Part shown: positions 1 to 12,003 of the stretch, piece by piece | How positions within the stretch are numbered: position 1 is the stretch's first letter | Layout of the letters: each line of letters begins with the position of its first letter | Program-made: the position numbers and the translations under genes | The notes under the pieces: generated by a model | What the model saw: only the letters and a program-made list of their open reading frames with translations | Databases searched by the model: none | Told to the model about the DNA's origin: nothing | Origin: an uncultured delta proteobacterium | Lineage (GTDB): Bacteria > Myxococcota_A > Polyangia > Fen-1088 | DNA length: 64,000 nt | Direction: 5' to 3' | Assembly (NCBI GenBank): GCA_963737265.1 | Contig: CAVTRY010000014.1 | Coordinates: 224,001-288,000, forward strand

Positions 1-1
1 T

Positions 2-298
2 GTCCACTTGGCACAGGTCATTACCTATCTCAAGCTCCTACGACTGCCGGTGGGCCTGCTCGTCAATTTCCACGTCCCCGTACTTCGCGAGGGTCTCCGC
101 CGCCTCGTCAACCCAACCCGTGATTCCTCTGGTCCTCCGTTCCTCCCTGTTTTTCCCTCCGATCCCACCTGCGCGGGGCGAGGTGAAGCCCCAGCCCCCA
201 TTTCAGGGAAGCACCCTGGAGTGGTGCGTAAGTGCGCAATCGGTGCTAGAAAAGGCTGCGCTGGCCGCCCGGATTTCGCTGCGGCATGGGGACGTTGA
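2..298 (+). CDS. GxxExxY protein (PD-(D/E)XK-like), C-terminal part only; real end uncertain (conserved part ends near 120)
   Basis: [31 protein letters not shown] matches the typical GxxExxY C-terminus; followed by a pyrimidine-rich degenerate repeat (124-162). Confidence 0.75.
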   Translation, partial: VHLAQVITYLKLLRLPVGLLVNFHVPVLREGLRRLVNPTRDSSGPPFLPVFPSDPTCAGRGEAPAPISGKHPGVVRKCAIGARKGCAGRPDFAAAWGR

Positions 299-1343
299 GA
301 TGCTCGAAGGCATGGGGCGTGGCCTGACGGCCGCGCGGCGTGCGCACGAGGAATCCTTCCTGAATGAGATAGGGCTCGTGCACGTATTCGAGAGTGTCGC
401 GATCCTCGGCCAGCGCGGCAGCCAGTGACTCGATCCCGACCGGGCCGCCGTCGAAGCGCTCCACGATGGCGCGCAGAAATCGGCGGTCGCCGTCGTCGAG
501 CCCGAGGGCATCGACGCCGAGGCGGCGAAGCGCATAGTCGGCGGCCTCGCGCGTGACGGTGCCGTCGCCGCGCACGACGGCGAAATCGTGCACCCGCCGC
601 AGCAGGCGATTGGCGATGCGAGGCGTGCCGCGCGCGCGCCGGCCCAGCTCTTGCGCGCCCGCCTCGTCGCACGTGATGCCAAGCAGTTTGGCCGAGCGCT
701 TGATGATGGTGCAAAGCTCGTCGGGCGCGTAGAAATCGAGGCGTTCTACGATGCCAAAGCGCGAGAGCAGCGGCGAGGTGAGCTGGCCCGTGCGCGTGGT
801 CGCGCCCACCAAGGTGAATCGTTCGATGGGGACGGTGATGGCGCTGGCGCCAGCGCCCATGCCGGTCACGATCTCGATGTGAAAGTCCTCCATCGCGGGA
901 TAGAGGCTTTCCTCGATGATGGGCTGCAGGCGGTGGATCTCGTCGATAAAGAGAACGTCGCCGCGCCCAAGCGAGGTGAGGATGCCGGCGAGATCGCCCT
1001 TGCGTTCGAGCGCCGGCCCCGACGTCACGCGCGCCACCGTGCCCATCTCGTGCGCGATGACGTGGGCCAGGGTCGTCTTGCCCAAGCCGGGAGGTCCGGA
1101 AAGCAGCACATGGTCGAGCGTGCCCGTGCGCTTCTTTGCCGCCGCGACGTAGACCTCCAAATTCTCCGCCACCTTGCGCTGCCCGACGAATTCCGCGAAG
1201 GTGCGCGGCCGCAGCGCGGATTCCTCGTCGCTCGATAGGGCTTGGCCACCGGTGATCTGTTCGGCCAGGCTCTCGGCCGACACGTCGGGCGCGGCCGCGA
1301 GCGGAGCCGCCGCGACACCGTCGTCGTGCCGCTTGCGTGCCAC
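246..1343 (-). CDS. ruvB: Holliday junction branch migration ATPase RuvB
   Basis: [55 protein letters not shown]. Confidence 0.98.
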   Translation of the reverse strand: MARKRHDDGVAAAPLAAAPDVSAESLAEQITGGQALSSDEESALRPRTFAEFVGQRKVAENLEVYVAAAKKRTGTLDHVLLSGPPGLGKTTLAHVIAHEMGTVARVTSGPALERKGDLAGILTSLGRGDVLFIDEIHRLQPIIEESLYPAMEDFHIEIVTGMGAGASAITVPIERFTLVGATTRTGQLTSPLLSRFGIVERLDFYAPDELCTIIKRSAKLLGITCDEAGAQELGRRARGTPRIANRLLRRVHDFAVVRGDGTVTREAADYALRRLGVDALGLDDGDRRFLRAIVERFDGGPVGIESLAAALAEDRDTLEYVHEPYLIQEGFLVRTPRGRQATPHAFEHLNVPMPQRNPGGQRSLF

Positions 1344-1945
1344 TACTTTCTCCTCAGCGCAGCCAGCGCCTGCTTGATCAGCTCGGCGAGATGCTGGGTT
1401 TCATCCAATTTGGACAACACGGCGTCGAACTCCGACGGCTTGTAGCCGAGCGCCATGAGAGCACCATGGACTTCGCCGATGCGCCCAGGCGGCACGAAGC
1501 CAGACGGCACGGTTCCACCCTGATTGGCCTGAGCGCCCGCGACGCCGATCTTGTCGCGCAACTCGACCGACATGCGTTCCGCGATCTTGCGGCCCACACC
1601 GCGAATCTTGGTCAGGGTCGCGATGTCGCCCGCGCTGATGGCGCGCACCAATTCGCCGGTGGGCAGGCTGGAAAGAACGGCAATGGCGACCTTCGGCCCC
1701 ACGCCTTGCACGCTGAGCAAGGTCTGGAACACGCGGCGCTCTTCCGCTTCGACGAAACCAAAGAGCTGTTGTGGCCCGTCTTGAACCGAGTGGGTGTGGA
1801 TGAGCAGGAACGCGGTCGAGCCGAGGGGCGGAAGCGCGCGCTGAGCCGCCGCGGTAATGGTCACCGCGTAGCCAACGCCGCCGGCCTCGATTACGACCGA
1901 ATCGGGACTGCTTTCAAGAAGTGCGCCGCGCAAGCTGGCAATCAT
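1343..1945 (-). CDS. ruvA: Holliday junction DNA-binding protein RuvA
   Basis: Starts MIASLRG (ATG 1945); [14 protein letters not shown] and GVGRKIAER HhH motifs, ALMALGY. Confidence 0.97.
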   Translation of the reverse strand: MIASLRGALLESSPDSVVIEAGGVGYAVTITAAAQRALPPLGSTAFLLIHTHSVQDGPQQLFGFVEAEERRVFQTLLSVQGVGPKVAIAVLSSLPTGELVRAISAGDIATLTKIRGVGRKIAERMSVELRDKIGVAGAQANQGGTVPSGFVPPGRIGEVHGALMALGYKPSEFDAVLSKLDETQHLAELIKQALAALRRK

Positions 1946-1952
1946 GACGGCA

Positions 1953-2489
1953 TCATCGCACGCGCGGGCGCGCCGGTCGCGTTTCTGCTGTGCGCACGGC
2001 AAGGGCGTGGTGGCGGGCATGGCAGATAGCGATGGCGAGCGCATCCGCTGCGTCGGCATCCGGCACGCGCCGCAGCGACAGGAGCGCACGGACGAGATAG
2101 CCGACCTGCTGCTTGGTCGCCGCGCCGTGCCCGACGATGGTTCGCTTCACGCGCGCGGGCGCATAGCCCGAGACCTTGAGCCCGACATCGGTCACGATGA
2201 AGGTCACCATGCCGCGCGCCTCGCCCAGCGCCAGCGTGGCCTGCACGTTCTTGCCGAAGAAGGCCTGCTCCATGGCGACCTCGTCGGGGTGCAGCTCGGC
2301 GACCAGCTCGCGCAGGCTTCGGCCGATGGTCATGAGGCGTTCGGGCCGGTCCATGCCCGCCGGCGCGGAGATCACCCCGCACTCGACGTAGGCAAGCTGC
2401 GCGGGGCCGGTGCGGTCGACGATGCCGTAACCCAAGCGCAACGACCCCGGATCGATGCCCAGTATTCGGACGCGGCCATGCACCGCCAT
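1953..2489 (-). CDS. ruvC: Crossover junction endodeoxyribonuclease RuvC
   Basis: ILGIDPGS, EQAFF, LGEARG, DAADALAIAICH. Confidence 0.97.
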   Translation of the reverse strand: MAVHGRVRILGIDPGSLRLGYGIVDRTGPAQLAYVECGVISAPAGMDRPERLMTIGRSLRELVAELHPDEVAMEQAFFGKNVQATLALGEARGMVTFIVTDVGLKVSGYAPARVKRTIVGHGAATKQQVGYLVRALLSLRRVPDADAADALAIAICHARHHALAVRTAETRPARPRVR

Positions 2490-2518
2490 CGACTTGGACG
2501 CCCCGTCAATCGCCTCGG

Positions 2519-3262
<744 letters not shown>

Positions 3263-3348
3263 GGCCAACTATCTAACACCTTTCTCGGCAAAAATCGCCC
3301 AAACAGGCAGGCCTGGCGACCTATGGCGCGGGTTGTTGGAGGCCAAGG

Positions 3349-4566
3349 TCACCAGCCCGGCGTGGCGGGGCTGGGCGTATGGCTCCAGGCGTCCGGGCCA
3401 TCGCAAGCGTCGACGCTTATTCTGTACACGCTCTTACCGGACCAGGCGGTGGCGCTGACGTCCACCCATCCGCCATACTGGCTGATCACGTAGCCGTCAG
3501 CCGAAAGCAATTGCACCAGTTCGCCGGTGTTGGACAGGCCGTCGCCCGCCAGCCGCCCTGACAGCGGCAGCACCAGGGTTCCATCCCGTGGCGGCGTATC
3601 CTTCCCATCCGCGTCATTGTAGTTTCGCGGCACCAGGAGACCGTAGGCGCCGGCCGGCAATGCGGCGTCCGGCAATACGTCGCTTCTTGCCTTGTCCGCC
3701 AAGCGCATGCCACCAAGCGCTACGGACTCGCCACCGGCGTTGTAGATTTCGACGAATTCCTGCGTGATCTCCGAACCAGCGGGATTGGCCAGGACTTCGG
3801 TGATCACGATGCGCGGAAGCTGCGGCGGCAAATCCAGCACGACTGGGGCAGACACGGTTGAATTGCCAGCGCGATCGACGATTTGAGCTACCACCTCAGC
3901 TTGAACGGCCGCGGGCAGGTCGGGCATTCGCTTGGCGAAGTCGAGCGTGCTGGCAAGGCTGTCAGAAGTTACGCTCGCCTGGGCGTCGCTGGCGCCGAGC
4001 TCGACCTCCGCGCGAACCACCTCGTCCGCTGCCAGATGCACACGCACGCAACCCTCCGCAGCCGACACCGTGAAGGCTTCGATGCGTGGGGCGAATAGAT
4101 CCGCGCTGCTATCGGTGGTGAACGAGCCGAGACTGGCGGCTGGAATCGGTTTCCCGTCGAGAAAATGCAACGAACCGGCCAGAATCTCCACCGCGTACGA
4201 GGTTGAGGGCGCAAGCTGGCCGCAGGGCACGGTGGCGTAGCAAGTTCCGGCGCAAGACACGGCGGCACCAAGCTGCGCCGACACGCTGTCGCCGCTGTCC
4301 GGCCGCAGCGCAAACGGCGAGCTCCCGGCCGCGGCCGTCACGAGCTCGGGAAAGCTCAGGACGAGACTCGCGAGATTGGTCGGGATTCCGACCGCGCCGC
4401 TTGGCGGATCAACTAGCTGGCCCACCTGAGCCTCGGACGAAGGACCGGCAGACTGGCCAGAGTTGGCCGCGGAGGCTGCGGCCTGGCTCTGGTCGTGTTG
4501 CAGGTCCGTCTCGGGACTACAAGAAACCAAGGCCACCCATGTGATGGAATATTGGAAAGTGCGCAT
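3349..4566 (-). CDS. Putative lipoprotein with Ig-like domain(s) and a C-terminal lamin-tail (LTD) domain
   Basis: Lipobox-like LVSC; 'VDPPSGAVGIPTN...L.PST.Y....SFTT' Ig-like; 'IVITEVLANPAG...QEFVEIYN...LSNTGELVQL' LTD signature. Confidence 0.75.
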   Translation of the reverse strand: MRTFQYSITWVALVSCSPETDLQHDQSQAAASAANSGQSAGPSSEAQVGQLVDPPSGAVGIPTNLASLVLSFPELVTAAAGSSPFALRPDSGDSVSAQLGAAVSCAGTCYATVPCGQLAPSTSYAVEILAGSLHFLDGKPIPAASLGSFTTDSSADLFAPRIEAFTVSAAEGCVRVHLAADEVVRAEVELGASDAQASVTSDSLASTLDFAKRMPDLPAAVQAEVVAQIVDRAGNSTVSAPVVLDLPPQLPRIVITEVLANPAGSEITQEFVEIYNAGGESVALGGMRLADKARSDVLPDAALPAGAYGLLVPRNYNDADGKDTPPRDGTLVLPLSGRLAGDGLSNTGELVQLLSADGYVISQYGGWVDVSATAWSGKSVYRISVDACDGPDAWSHTPSPATPGW

Positions 4567-4642
4567 CGCCAGAGATATCGGAAACGCCCGCCACAAGTTG
4601 CGCGCGTTCGCAGCGCGCCTGCCCTATGCTGCCGCCGCCGAC

Positions 4643-4830
4643 AGACTTCAGGCTTCAGGCTTCAGGCCATGGTGGTGGCGGCTGAGTCGAGATCCCGCAA
4701 GGCTTCGGGCTGCAAGCACAGGTCCGGCGGGCAGCCGTCCGGTCCCGACGAACATCGTGGAAGATCGCCGCTCTTGACCAGAGCACCTGAAGCCCTCCTG
4801 GAGCCTGGAGCCTGACGCCTGGAGCCTGAC
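4643..4830. repeat. About 185-bp element bounded by inverted heptamer tandem repeats (GGCTTCA)n ... (CCTGRAG)n
   Basis: cttcagg x3 at 4645-4666; cctgaag at 4786 and cctggag/cctgacg x5 at 4797-4830. Confidence 0.75.
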
Positions 4831-4870
4831 ACTTGGGTTGCGGGCGGAGCCCGCGCTATGCTTGCCTGGC

Positions 4871-6122
4871 GTGCAGGAAGACAAGGCCACGCCGCCACAA
4901 GCGGCCCTTGACCCGTCGAGCGGCGGCATCGACGGATCTCGCCCGCTCGGGGTGTATGTGCATTTTCCCTTTTGCACGGCACGCTGCCCCTACTGCGATT
5001 TCGCCGTGACGGTGCGGCCCGAGATCCCGCACGATGCCTATGCGGACGCCGTGCTGGCGGAGTTGAACGTCCGCGGGGCTTGGTTCAAGGGCGACGACGG
5101 ACCTCGTCTCGTTTCGATCTACTTTGGCGGCGGCACGCCCGGACGCTGGCGCGCAGATGCGCTCGGCCGGGTGCTCGCGGCCACGCAGCAGACGTTCGAC
5201 AGCGGCGCCGAGCTCGAAATCACCGTCGAGGCCAATCCGGGCGATCTCGAAAGCTCGACCCTGCGCGAGCTGTGCGCGCGTGGGGTGAATCGTCTGTCCT
5301 TCGGCGCCCAGGCATTTCAAGATCGCCTGCTGCAAAGCCTGGGACGGCAGCACGATGCCGCGGCCATCGCCCACGCCTTCCGCGCCGCCCGCGCGGCTGG
5401 CTTCGACAACCTGTGCGCGGATTTGATGTTCGGCCTGCCCGGCCAGAAGATGAACGACTGGCGGGAATCGCTAGCCGCCCTGTGCGCGCTGGCGCCGGAG
5501 CACATCACCGCCTACGCCTTGACGGTGGAATCGGGCACGCCGTTCGGGGTGCTGCAACGCGCGGGCAAACTGCGCCGTCCCGGCGACGACACCGTGGCCG
5601 CCATGTATTCCCTGTGCCACGACGAGCTGACCGCGGCTGGGTACGAGCACTATGAGATATCGTCCTACGCGCGCCCCGGCCGGCGCAGCGTGCACAACAG
5701 CCTCTACTGGACCATGGGCGCCTACCTCGGGCTCGGTGTTTCGGCGTCGTCGTTTCGCCCGCTTGCCAGCAGCGACGGCTGGCGCTTCGCCAATCCTCGA
5801 TCGTTTGGAACGTATGCGCGCCAGCTGGCTGCGCACGCTGGCGCCGTGCCGCCCGTGCACGTTCGAGCGTCGCTCGCCCGCGCAAGTCGAAGACGAGGCG
5901 CTGTGGCTCGCCCTGCGCATGTCCGACGGCGTGGATCGCCAAGCCCACCAGCGCCGTCACGGCGTCGACCCACTCGCACTTCCCGAGCGCGCCGCCGCGG
6001 CCGCCTTGTGCGAGAAAGCCGGCTGGCTCGAAATTACGCCGCGCACGCTGCGCCTGCTGCCCGCTGGATTCCTGTTCGCCGACGAGGTCGCGGTTCGGCT
6101 GGCGCGAACCTTCACGGGGTGA
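4871..6122 (+). CDS. hemW: Radical SAM heme chaperone HemW (frameshift near 5870)
   Basis: YVHFPFCTARCPYCDF, YFGGGTP, EANP, YEISSY, HNSLYW; the C-terminus (GFLFADEVA) is in the 5652..6122 frame. Confidence 0.9.
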
Positions 6123-6181
6123 CGGGTGACGTAACCCCTGATGCCTTGGCTCCCGCGTGATTTTAGGGTTAGATCAACGTC

Positions 6182-7213
6182 GTGAACGACATCAGCATTC
6201 GCGCCAAGAAGGTTTTGCATGCTGTCGTTTCCGAGTATCTTTCTACCGGGGACGCTGTCGGGTCGCAGACCGTGGCGCGGCGCTACCCGCTCGAAGTTTC
6301 GGCGGCCACGGTTCGCACGGTGATGGGCGAGCTTGAGGAGGAAGGGCTGTTGCGCCACCTGCATACGTCGGCGGGCCGCATCCCGACCGATCGCGGCTTG
6401 CGCCTGTACGTGGACACGCTGCTGCGCGTGCGCAGCCTATCCGCTTCCGAAAAGGACGATATCCGCGGGCGGCTCGGCCCGGCCACCGAAACGCAGGATG
6501 TCATGCAACGCGTGGCGCGCCTGCTGCGCGAGCTTTCTCACCTGGCGGTGGTGGTGCAAGCCCCGCGCCCGGAGTCCGACGCGGTTTCGCACATGGAATT
6601 CGTGAAGCTGCGCGAAGGGCAGCTGCTCGCGGTGATCGCGTCGTCGAGCGGGCAAATCCAGAACAAGCTCATCCACGCCGATTTTTCCCTTGCGCCCGGC
6701 GATCTCGATCGTATCAACAACTATCTCAACAGCCTGGTGGCAGGTCTGACGGTGGACCAGATGCGGGCGCGACTGCTGCAAGAAATTGAACGGGAAAAGG
6801 AACGCTCGGCCAGCGATCCCATGCTGGCGCGCGCGCTCGGCCTGGCCGCCGCCGCCGTGCCCACCGCCGACACCATCGGCGAGATCCTGCTCGACGGCCA
6901 ATCGAACCTTGTCGCCGATGCCGCCGATCTCGACCGCGTGCGCCGCGTGCTACGCACCCTGGAAGAAAAGGATCAAATCGTCAAACTGCTGGATCGATCC
7001 CTGGCCGCGCCCGGCATTTGCGTGTTCATCGGCGCCGAGGCCAAGCTTGCCGACCTCAGCGACATTTCCGTGGTGGCCAGCAGCTACGGCACCGAGGATC
7101 GCCCGCTCGGCGCCATCGGGGTCATCGGTCCATCGCGAATGGACTATTCCAGGGTCATCCCTCTGGTAGACTTCACCGCCGACGTGATTACCGAGATCCT
7201 TCCCAGGATCTAG
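6182..7213 (+). CDS. hrcA: Heat-inducible transcription repressor HrcA
   Basis: VSAATVR, HTSAGRIPTDRG, GVIGPSRMDY. Confidence 0.97.
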   Translation: MNDISIRAKKVLHAVVSEYLSTGDAVGSQTVARRYPLEVSAATVRTVMGELEEEGLLRHLHTSAGRIPTDRGLRLYVDTLLRVRSLSASEKDDIRGRLGPATETQDVMQRVARLLRELSHLAVVVQAPRPESDAVSHMEFVKLREGQLLAVIASSSGQIQNKLIHADFSLAPGDLDRINNYLNSLVAGLTVDQMRARLLQEIEREKERSASDPMLARALGLAAAAVPTADTIGEILLDGQSNLVADAADLDRVRRVLRTLEEKDQIVKLLDRSLAAPGICVFIGAEAKLADLSDISVVASSYGTEDRPLGAIGVIGPSRMDYSRVIPLVDFTADVITEILPRI

Positions 7214-7260
7214 GTGTAGCCCGATCTAGGCCTCGACCCTGAGTTTGGAGCCGATCATTC

Positions 7261-7902
7261 ATGAGTGAAGACCAAGAGAAACCAGCCGACAACGACCAGC
7301 CGATTTCCACGCCCACCAACGCCAGCGCCCCGGAAACGAGTACCGAAAACGCATCCTCTCGCGATGCCACGCCGCCGACGCCCGAAGAACGCATCGCGAT
7401 CCTCGAGGTCGAAAAGTCCGAGGCCAGAGACCGCATGCTTCGCATCGCCGCGGACTTCGACAACTGGAAAAAGCGAGCGCGCAAGGACCAAGCCGACGGA
7501 GAAATGCGCGCCAAGGAGTCCGTGCTGCGCGATTTCCTGGAAATCATCGACAACCTGGAACGCGCGACTGCATCGTGGAGCGAGGGCAAAGAAGGTGACG
7601 CCAAATCGATCAGGGACGGCGTCGACCTCGTGCTGCGGCAGTTCCGATCGAAGCTGGAACGCTACCAAGTGAAGTCCGTCGAAGCGGCCGGGCTGCCCTT
7701 CGATCCGCGTATGCACGAGGCGATCTCGCAGGTGCCAACCGCCGACGTGAAGCCGGGCTCGGTCCTGCACGAGCTGCAAAAGGGCTACCTCATCGGCGAC
7801 AAGCTGCTTCGTCCCGCCATGGTCGTCGTCGCGGCGGCACTGCCCGCCACGAAGCCTCAGGACAGCGAACCCGCCGCCAGCAAGACCGATGGAGAAGACT
7901 AA
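7261..7902 (+). CDS. grpE: Nucleotide exchange factor GrpE
   Basis: [36 protein letters not shown]. Confidence 0.97.
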   Translation: MSEDQEKPADNDQPISTPTNASAPETSTENASSRDATPPTPEERIAILEVEKSEARDRMLRIAADFDNWKKRARKDQADGEMRAKESVLRDFLEIIDNLERATASWSEGKEGDAKSIRDGVDLVLRQFRSKLERYQVKSVEAAGLPFDPRMHEAISQVPTADVKPGSVLHELQKGYLIGDKLLRPAMVVVAAALPATKPQDSEPAASKTDGED

Positions 7903-7907
7903 CCACC

Positions 7908-9758
7908 GTGGGCCGAATCATCGGTATCGATCTTGGCACGACCAACTCGTGCGTGGCAGTGGTTGAGGGTCTCGAACCGCTGGTCATTCCCAACGGCGAA
8001 GGGTCGCGCACAACACCGTCGGTCGTCGCCTTCACCGGCGAAGGCGAACCGCTGGTGGGGCAGATCGCGAAGCGACAAGCGGTGACCAACGCGGAAAACA
8101 CCGTGTCCGCCGTGAAGCGGCTCATGGGGCGAAAGTTCGCCGACGGCGAGGTCAGCCGGCACGCCAAAAACTCGACCTACGAGATCGCCGTGGCCGACAA
8201 CGGCGACGCCTGGGTTCGCGTGCAGGGGCAGGGTTATGCGCCGGCGCAGATTTCGGCCTACATCCTCGATCGCATGAAGCGAACCGCCGAGGACTACCTC
8301 GGCGAGCCCGTCACCGATGCGGTCGTCACGGTTCCCGCCTACTTCGGCGACAGCCAGCGCCAGGCCACCAAGGACGCCGGCCGTATCGCGGGCCTCAACG
8401 TCAAGCGCATCATCAACGAGCCCACCGCCGCCGCACTTGCCTACGGGCGCTTGTCCGTGGTGTCCGACGCCAAAATCGCGGTCTACGACCTGGGCGGCGG
8501 CACTTTCGACGTCTCGCTGCTCCACCTGCACGAAGGCGTGTACCAGGTCACCGCGACCAGCGGCGACGGCTTTTTGGGCGGCGAAGACATCGACGCTCGC
8601 ATCGTCAGCCATCTGGCGGAAGCCTTCCAGGCCCAGCACGGCGTCGACTTGCGCGCCGACCGAATGGCCTTGCAGCGCCTCCGCGAGGCCGCCGAACGCG
8701 CCAAGCACGAGCTGTCGACCAGCCTCGAAACCGAGATCAACCTGCCCTTCATCGCCGCCACCGCCGACGGTCCCAAGCATCTCATGCTCACGCTCACGCG
8801 CGGCAAGCTGGAAACCATTTCGGAAGACATCATCGGCCGCACCCTGCCGCTGTGTGAAAAGGTGCTGAAGGACGCGGGCTGGAAGGTCGCGGACATCGAC
8901 GAGGTCATCCTGGTGGGCGGCCAGACCCGTATGCCGCGCGTCCAAGATTTGGTGACGTCCTTCTTTGGCAAGAAAGGCTCGCGCGCGGTCAACCCCGACG
9001 AAGCGGTCGCGGTGGGCGCGGCCCTGCAAGGCGCCGTGCTGTCGGGCGACCGGCAGGATGTGCTTCTTCTCGACGTGACGCCGCTGTCGCTTGGCGTGGA
9101 AACCGCGGGGGGCGTTTTCACGCGCCTAATCCCGTACAACACGACGATCCCGGTGCGGCGGGCGAAGGTCTTTTCCACCGCGGTCGATAACCAGCCCTAC
9201 GTCAACGTGCACGTGCTGCAAGGCGAGCGCGAAATGGCCGACGACAACAAAAGCCTGGCGCACTTCCAGCTCACCGGCATTCCACCAGCGCCGCGCGGCT
9301 CGCCCCAGATTGAAGTGTCCTTCGACATCGATTCCAACGGCATCGTGAGCGTATCGGCTAAGGATCTTGGAACGGGCAAGGAACAGAGCGTGACGGTGAA
9401 GCCGACCTCGGGCCTGACCGAGATGGAGATCAAGAAGTTCATCGCCGACGCCGACAGCAACCGTTTGGCCGACCAAGCCAAGAAAGAGCTGGCGGACATG
9501 CGCAACAACGCCGAGACGCTCATCTACGGCGCGGAAAACACCTTGCGGGAATTCGGCGAAAAGCTCGATCCCTTGGCACGCGAACGCGTCCAGCTTGCCC
9601 TCGACGAATGCAAGTACGTCGTCGAATCGGACAGCGACAATGTCAGCCGCCTGCGCGAATCGCTCGGCCGCCTCGAGGCCGAGGCGCACGTCCTGTTCTT
9701 GTCTTTGCAGGGGGGCTCGGCGAGCGACGGAAGCTCCTCAACTGGCGGCAGCTCGTAG
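7908..9758 (+). CDS. dnaK: Molecular chaperone DnaK (Hsp70)
   Basis: [51 protein letters not shown]. Confidence 0.97.
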   Translation: MGRIIGIDLGTTNSCVAVVEGLEPLVIPNGEGSRTTPSVVAFTGEGEPLVGQIAKRQAVTNAENTVSAVKRLMGRKFADGEVSRHAKNSTYEIAVADNGDAWVRVQGQGYAPAQISAYILDRMKRTAEDYLGEPVTDAVVTVPAYFGDSQRQATKDAGRIAGLNVKRIINEPTAAALAYGRLSVVSDAKIAVYDLGGGTFDVSLLHLHEGVYQVTATSGDGFLGGEDIDARIVSHLAEAFQAQHGVDLRADRMALQRLREAAERAKHELSTSLETEINLPFIAATADGPKHLMLTLTRGKLETISEDIIGRTLPLCEKVLKDAGWKVADIDEVILVGGQTRMPRVQDLVTSFFGKKGSRAVNPDEAVAVGAALQGAVLSGDRQDVLLLDVTPLSLGVETAGGVFTRLIPYNTTIPVRRAKVFSTAVDNQPYVNVHVLQGEREMADDNKSLAHFQLTGIPPAPRGSPQIEVSFDIDSNGIVSVSAKDLGTGKEQSVTVKPTSGLTEMEIKKFIADADSNRLADQAKKELADMRNNAETLIYGAENTLREFGEKLDPLARERVQLALDECKYVVESDSDNVSRLRESLGRLEAEAHVLFLSLQGGSASDGSSSTGGSS

Positions 9759-9761
9759 CGC

Positions 9762-10866
9762 ATGCGAGGCGCGCCGGCACGCGATCCCTACGATGTCCTG
9801 GGCGTCGATCGCCAGGCTGTGGCGGCCGACATCAAGGCCGCTTACCGCAAGCTGGCCTTGCAGCACCATCCTGATCGCAATCCGGGCGATCATGCCGCCG
9901 AGGAAAAATTCAAGGAAGTCTCGCGCGCCTACGCCGTGCTGAGCGACGAGGGCAAGCGCGCCAACTACGATCGCTTCGGCGCCACCGCGACCGACATACC
10001 GTTCGGTGCCGACGCCGACCTGCGCACGGTCACCAATTTCTTCGACGCCGTGTTTGGCGACCTTTTCGGCACCGGCCGCAAGCGGGCCGCGGGCCAGGAT
10101 TTGCGCTACACCCTCGAGCTCGGCTTCGAGGAAGCGGCCTTGGGTTGCGAGAAGGAAATTCACTTCACGCGCACCGGCGACTGCGAGAGTTGTCGCGGCA
10201 CCGGAGCCGAGGGCGGCGCCGCGGGCCTCGTGCCTTGCTCAAGCTGCGATGGCCAGGGTTTCACGCGGCAGAAGACCGGCTTTCTTTCGACCCGAAGCGA
10301 ATGCCGGACGTGCGGCGGCGCCGGCGAAGTGGCGCGCGTGCGCTGCAAGGCGTGCGCGGGCGCCGGGCTCACCGAAGGCGAACGCGCCTTCACCGTGCGT
10401 GTGCCACCGGGATCGCAGGCCGGCACCACCCAGCGTGTGCCCGGCGAGGGATCTCCCGGTTGGCGCGGCGGCCCGGCCGGGGATCTGCACGTCATTGTGC
10501 GCGTGAAGCCGCACCCCTTCTACCGGCAAGAGGGCGACATCCTGGTGTGCGAAGCGCCGCTGTCCTTCGACGAAGCCGCGCTCGGCACCGAGCTCGAAGA
10601 TTCCGCTCCTCGACACGCGGGTGCGCATGAAGATCCCCGCTGGCACCCAATCGGGCAGTGTGTTTCGCGTTCGCGGCAAGGGCCTGCCGCGCGCCTCGGG
10701 CGCCGGCCGCGGCGACGCCCACGTACACATTAGCGTCGAGATTCCAACCGAGGTGTCCGGCGAAGCACGCACGCTTCTTGCGAAACTCGGGGCAACGCTC
10801 GGCGACGCCGCTTATCCTCGGCGAAAGGCCTTCCGCGCCCGTGCGCCGAAGGCCGGTCAAGAGTAA
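9762..10866 (+). CDS. dnaJ: DnaJ chaperone (frameshift near 10600)
   Basis: J domain with HPD, four CxxCxGxG repeats; C-terminal [14 protein letters not shown] is in the 10621..10866 frame. Confidence 0.92.
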
Positions 10867-10875
10867 AACAAGACC

Positions 10876-11844
10876 ATGCCCATCCTGAATATCGCGCTGT
10901 TCCTGACCACCCTGCTGACCACCACGGTCCAGGGCGCGCTCATGCAGCACGGCGGCTCCGGCATGTTTCCGCTCAGCGACGGGCTTTCCTTCTCCCTGCC
11001 GCTCATGGCGATCCTGCTGTGCCACGAGATGGGCCACTATGTGGCCGCCCGCATTCATCGCGTGCCCGCGTCGCTGCCCTACTTTGTCCCCTTGCCGCCC
11101 GGCCTCGGCATGTTCGGCACCATGGGCGCGGTGATTCTTCAGTCGCGCACCACCGATCGCCGCAAGCTCATCGACATCGGCGCCGCCGGTCCCCTGGCGG
11201 GCCTCATCGTGGCAATCCCGGTGCTCGCCTACGGCCTCCATCTTTCGCCGGTCGGCCCCATCGAGGGCGGTTTCCAAGAAGGCAACTCGCTGCTCTATGC
11301 GGTGCTGAAACGACTGGTTTGTGGGGCGTGGCTGCCCCAGCAGGGCATCGACGTAAACTTACATCCGGTTGCCTTTGCCGGCTGGGCCGGGCTGCTCGTG
11401 ACCATGCTGAATCTTTTGCCCATTGGGCAGCTCGATGGTGGTCACGTGGCGATCGCGTTCTTCGGCAACGTGTACGGTCGTGCGGGCCAGTTCCTCCGCC
11501 GCATGTTGCTGCCGCTGTCGCTGGTAGTGACCGCGGCCGTGTACTACAGTGTGTCGCAGGAGCTGGCCCGTGCCGATCCGACGCAGCGGTTTTCGCCGTG
11601 GTCCATCGCCATTCCGGCCGGAAGCGTTTGGCTCGTGTGGTTCATCATGCTCGGCGTTCTCCGCCGCGTGTCGGGCGGAGTCGACCATCCGCCGGTCGAC
11701 GACCGTCCCCTGCCGCAAAGTCGCGCCGTCCTGTTTTGGACCGTCGTGATCACCTTCGTCTTGATCTTCATGCCCGTCCCGTTCCGCACCAACATCGGCC
11801 CGATGCCCAAACCGGACATCCCGGCGCTGGGCAAAATGCCGTAG
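10876..11844 (+). CDS. Site-2 protease (M50) family intramembrane metalloprotease
   Basis: HEMGH, AGPLAG, NLLPIGQLDGGH. Confidence 0.93.
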   Translation: MPILNIALFLTTLLTTTVQGALMQHGGSGMFPLSDGLSFSLPLMAILLCHEMGHYVAARIHRVPASLPYFVPLPPGLGMFGTMGAVILQSRTTDRRKLIDIGAAGPLAGLIVAIPVLAYGLHLSPVGPIEGGFQEGNSLLYAVLKRLVCGAWLPQQGIDVNLHPVAFAGWAGLLVTMLNLLPIGQLDGGHVAIAFFGNVYGRAGQFLRRMLLPLSLVVTAAVYYSVSQELARADPTQRFSPWSIAIPAGSVWLVWFIMLGVLRRVSGGVDHPPVDDRPLPQSRAVLFWTVVITFVLIFMPVPFRTNIGPMPKPDIPALGKMP

Positions 11845-11904
11845 CGGCGGCTGCCCGGCGGTGAAGGTAGTTTGTCCCGTTGGCCAGTACCAGCATGCTG
11901 GGAA

Positions 11905-12003
11905 AGAAGGACCTCGGAGGCAATAGATCAGCGTACCATCAAATCCTGCCAGAAGTCCGAAAGACGCCAAATTTCGGCTATTGCAGCTCTGCGATTGACC
12001 TCG
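11905..12003. repeat. Direct repeat copy A: duplicated 3' end of the hydrolase gene at 15486..16682
   Basis: 99 bp identical to 15463..15561 except for 2 mismatches. Confidence 0.95.

Noticed and set aside
7226-7250. CIRCE upstream of grpE (CTAGGCCTC-N6-GAGTTTGGA)
   Set aside because: Wrong spacing and many mismatches to TTAGCACTC-N9-GAGTGCTAA.
11872-12003. N-terminus of the 274-aa MBL ORF as real protein
   Set aside because: It is the antisense reading of the duplicated hydrolase 3' end, not MBL sequence.
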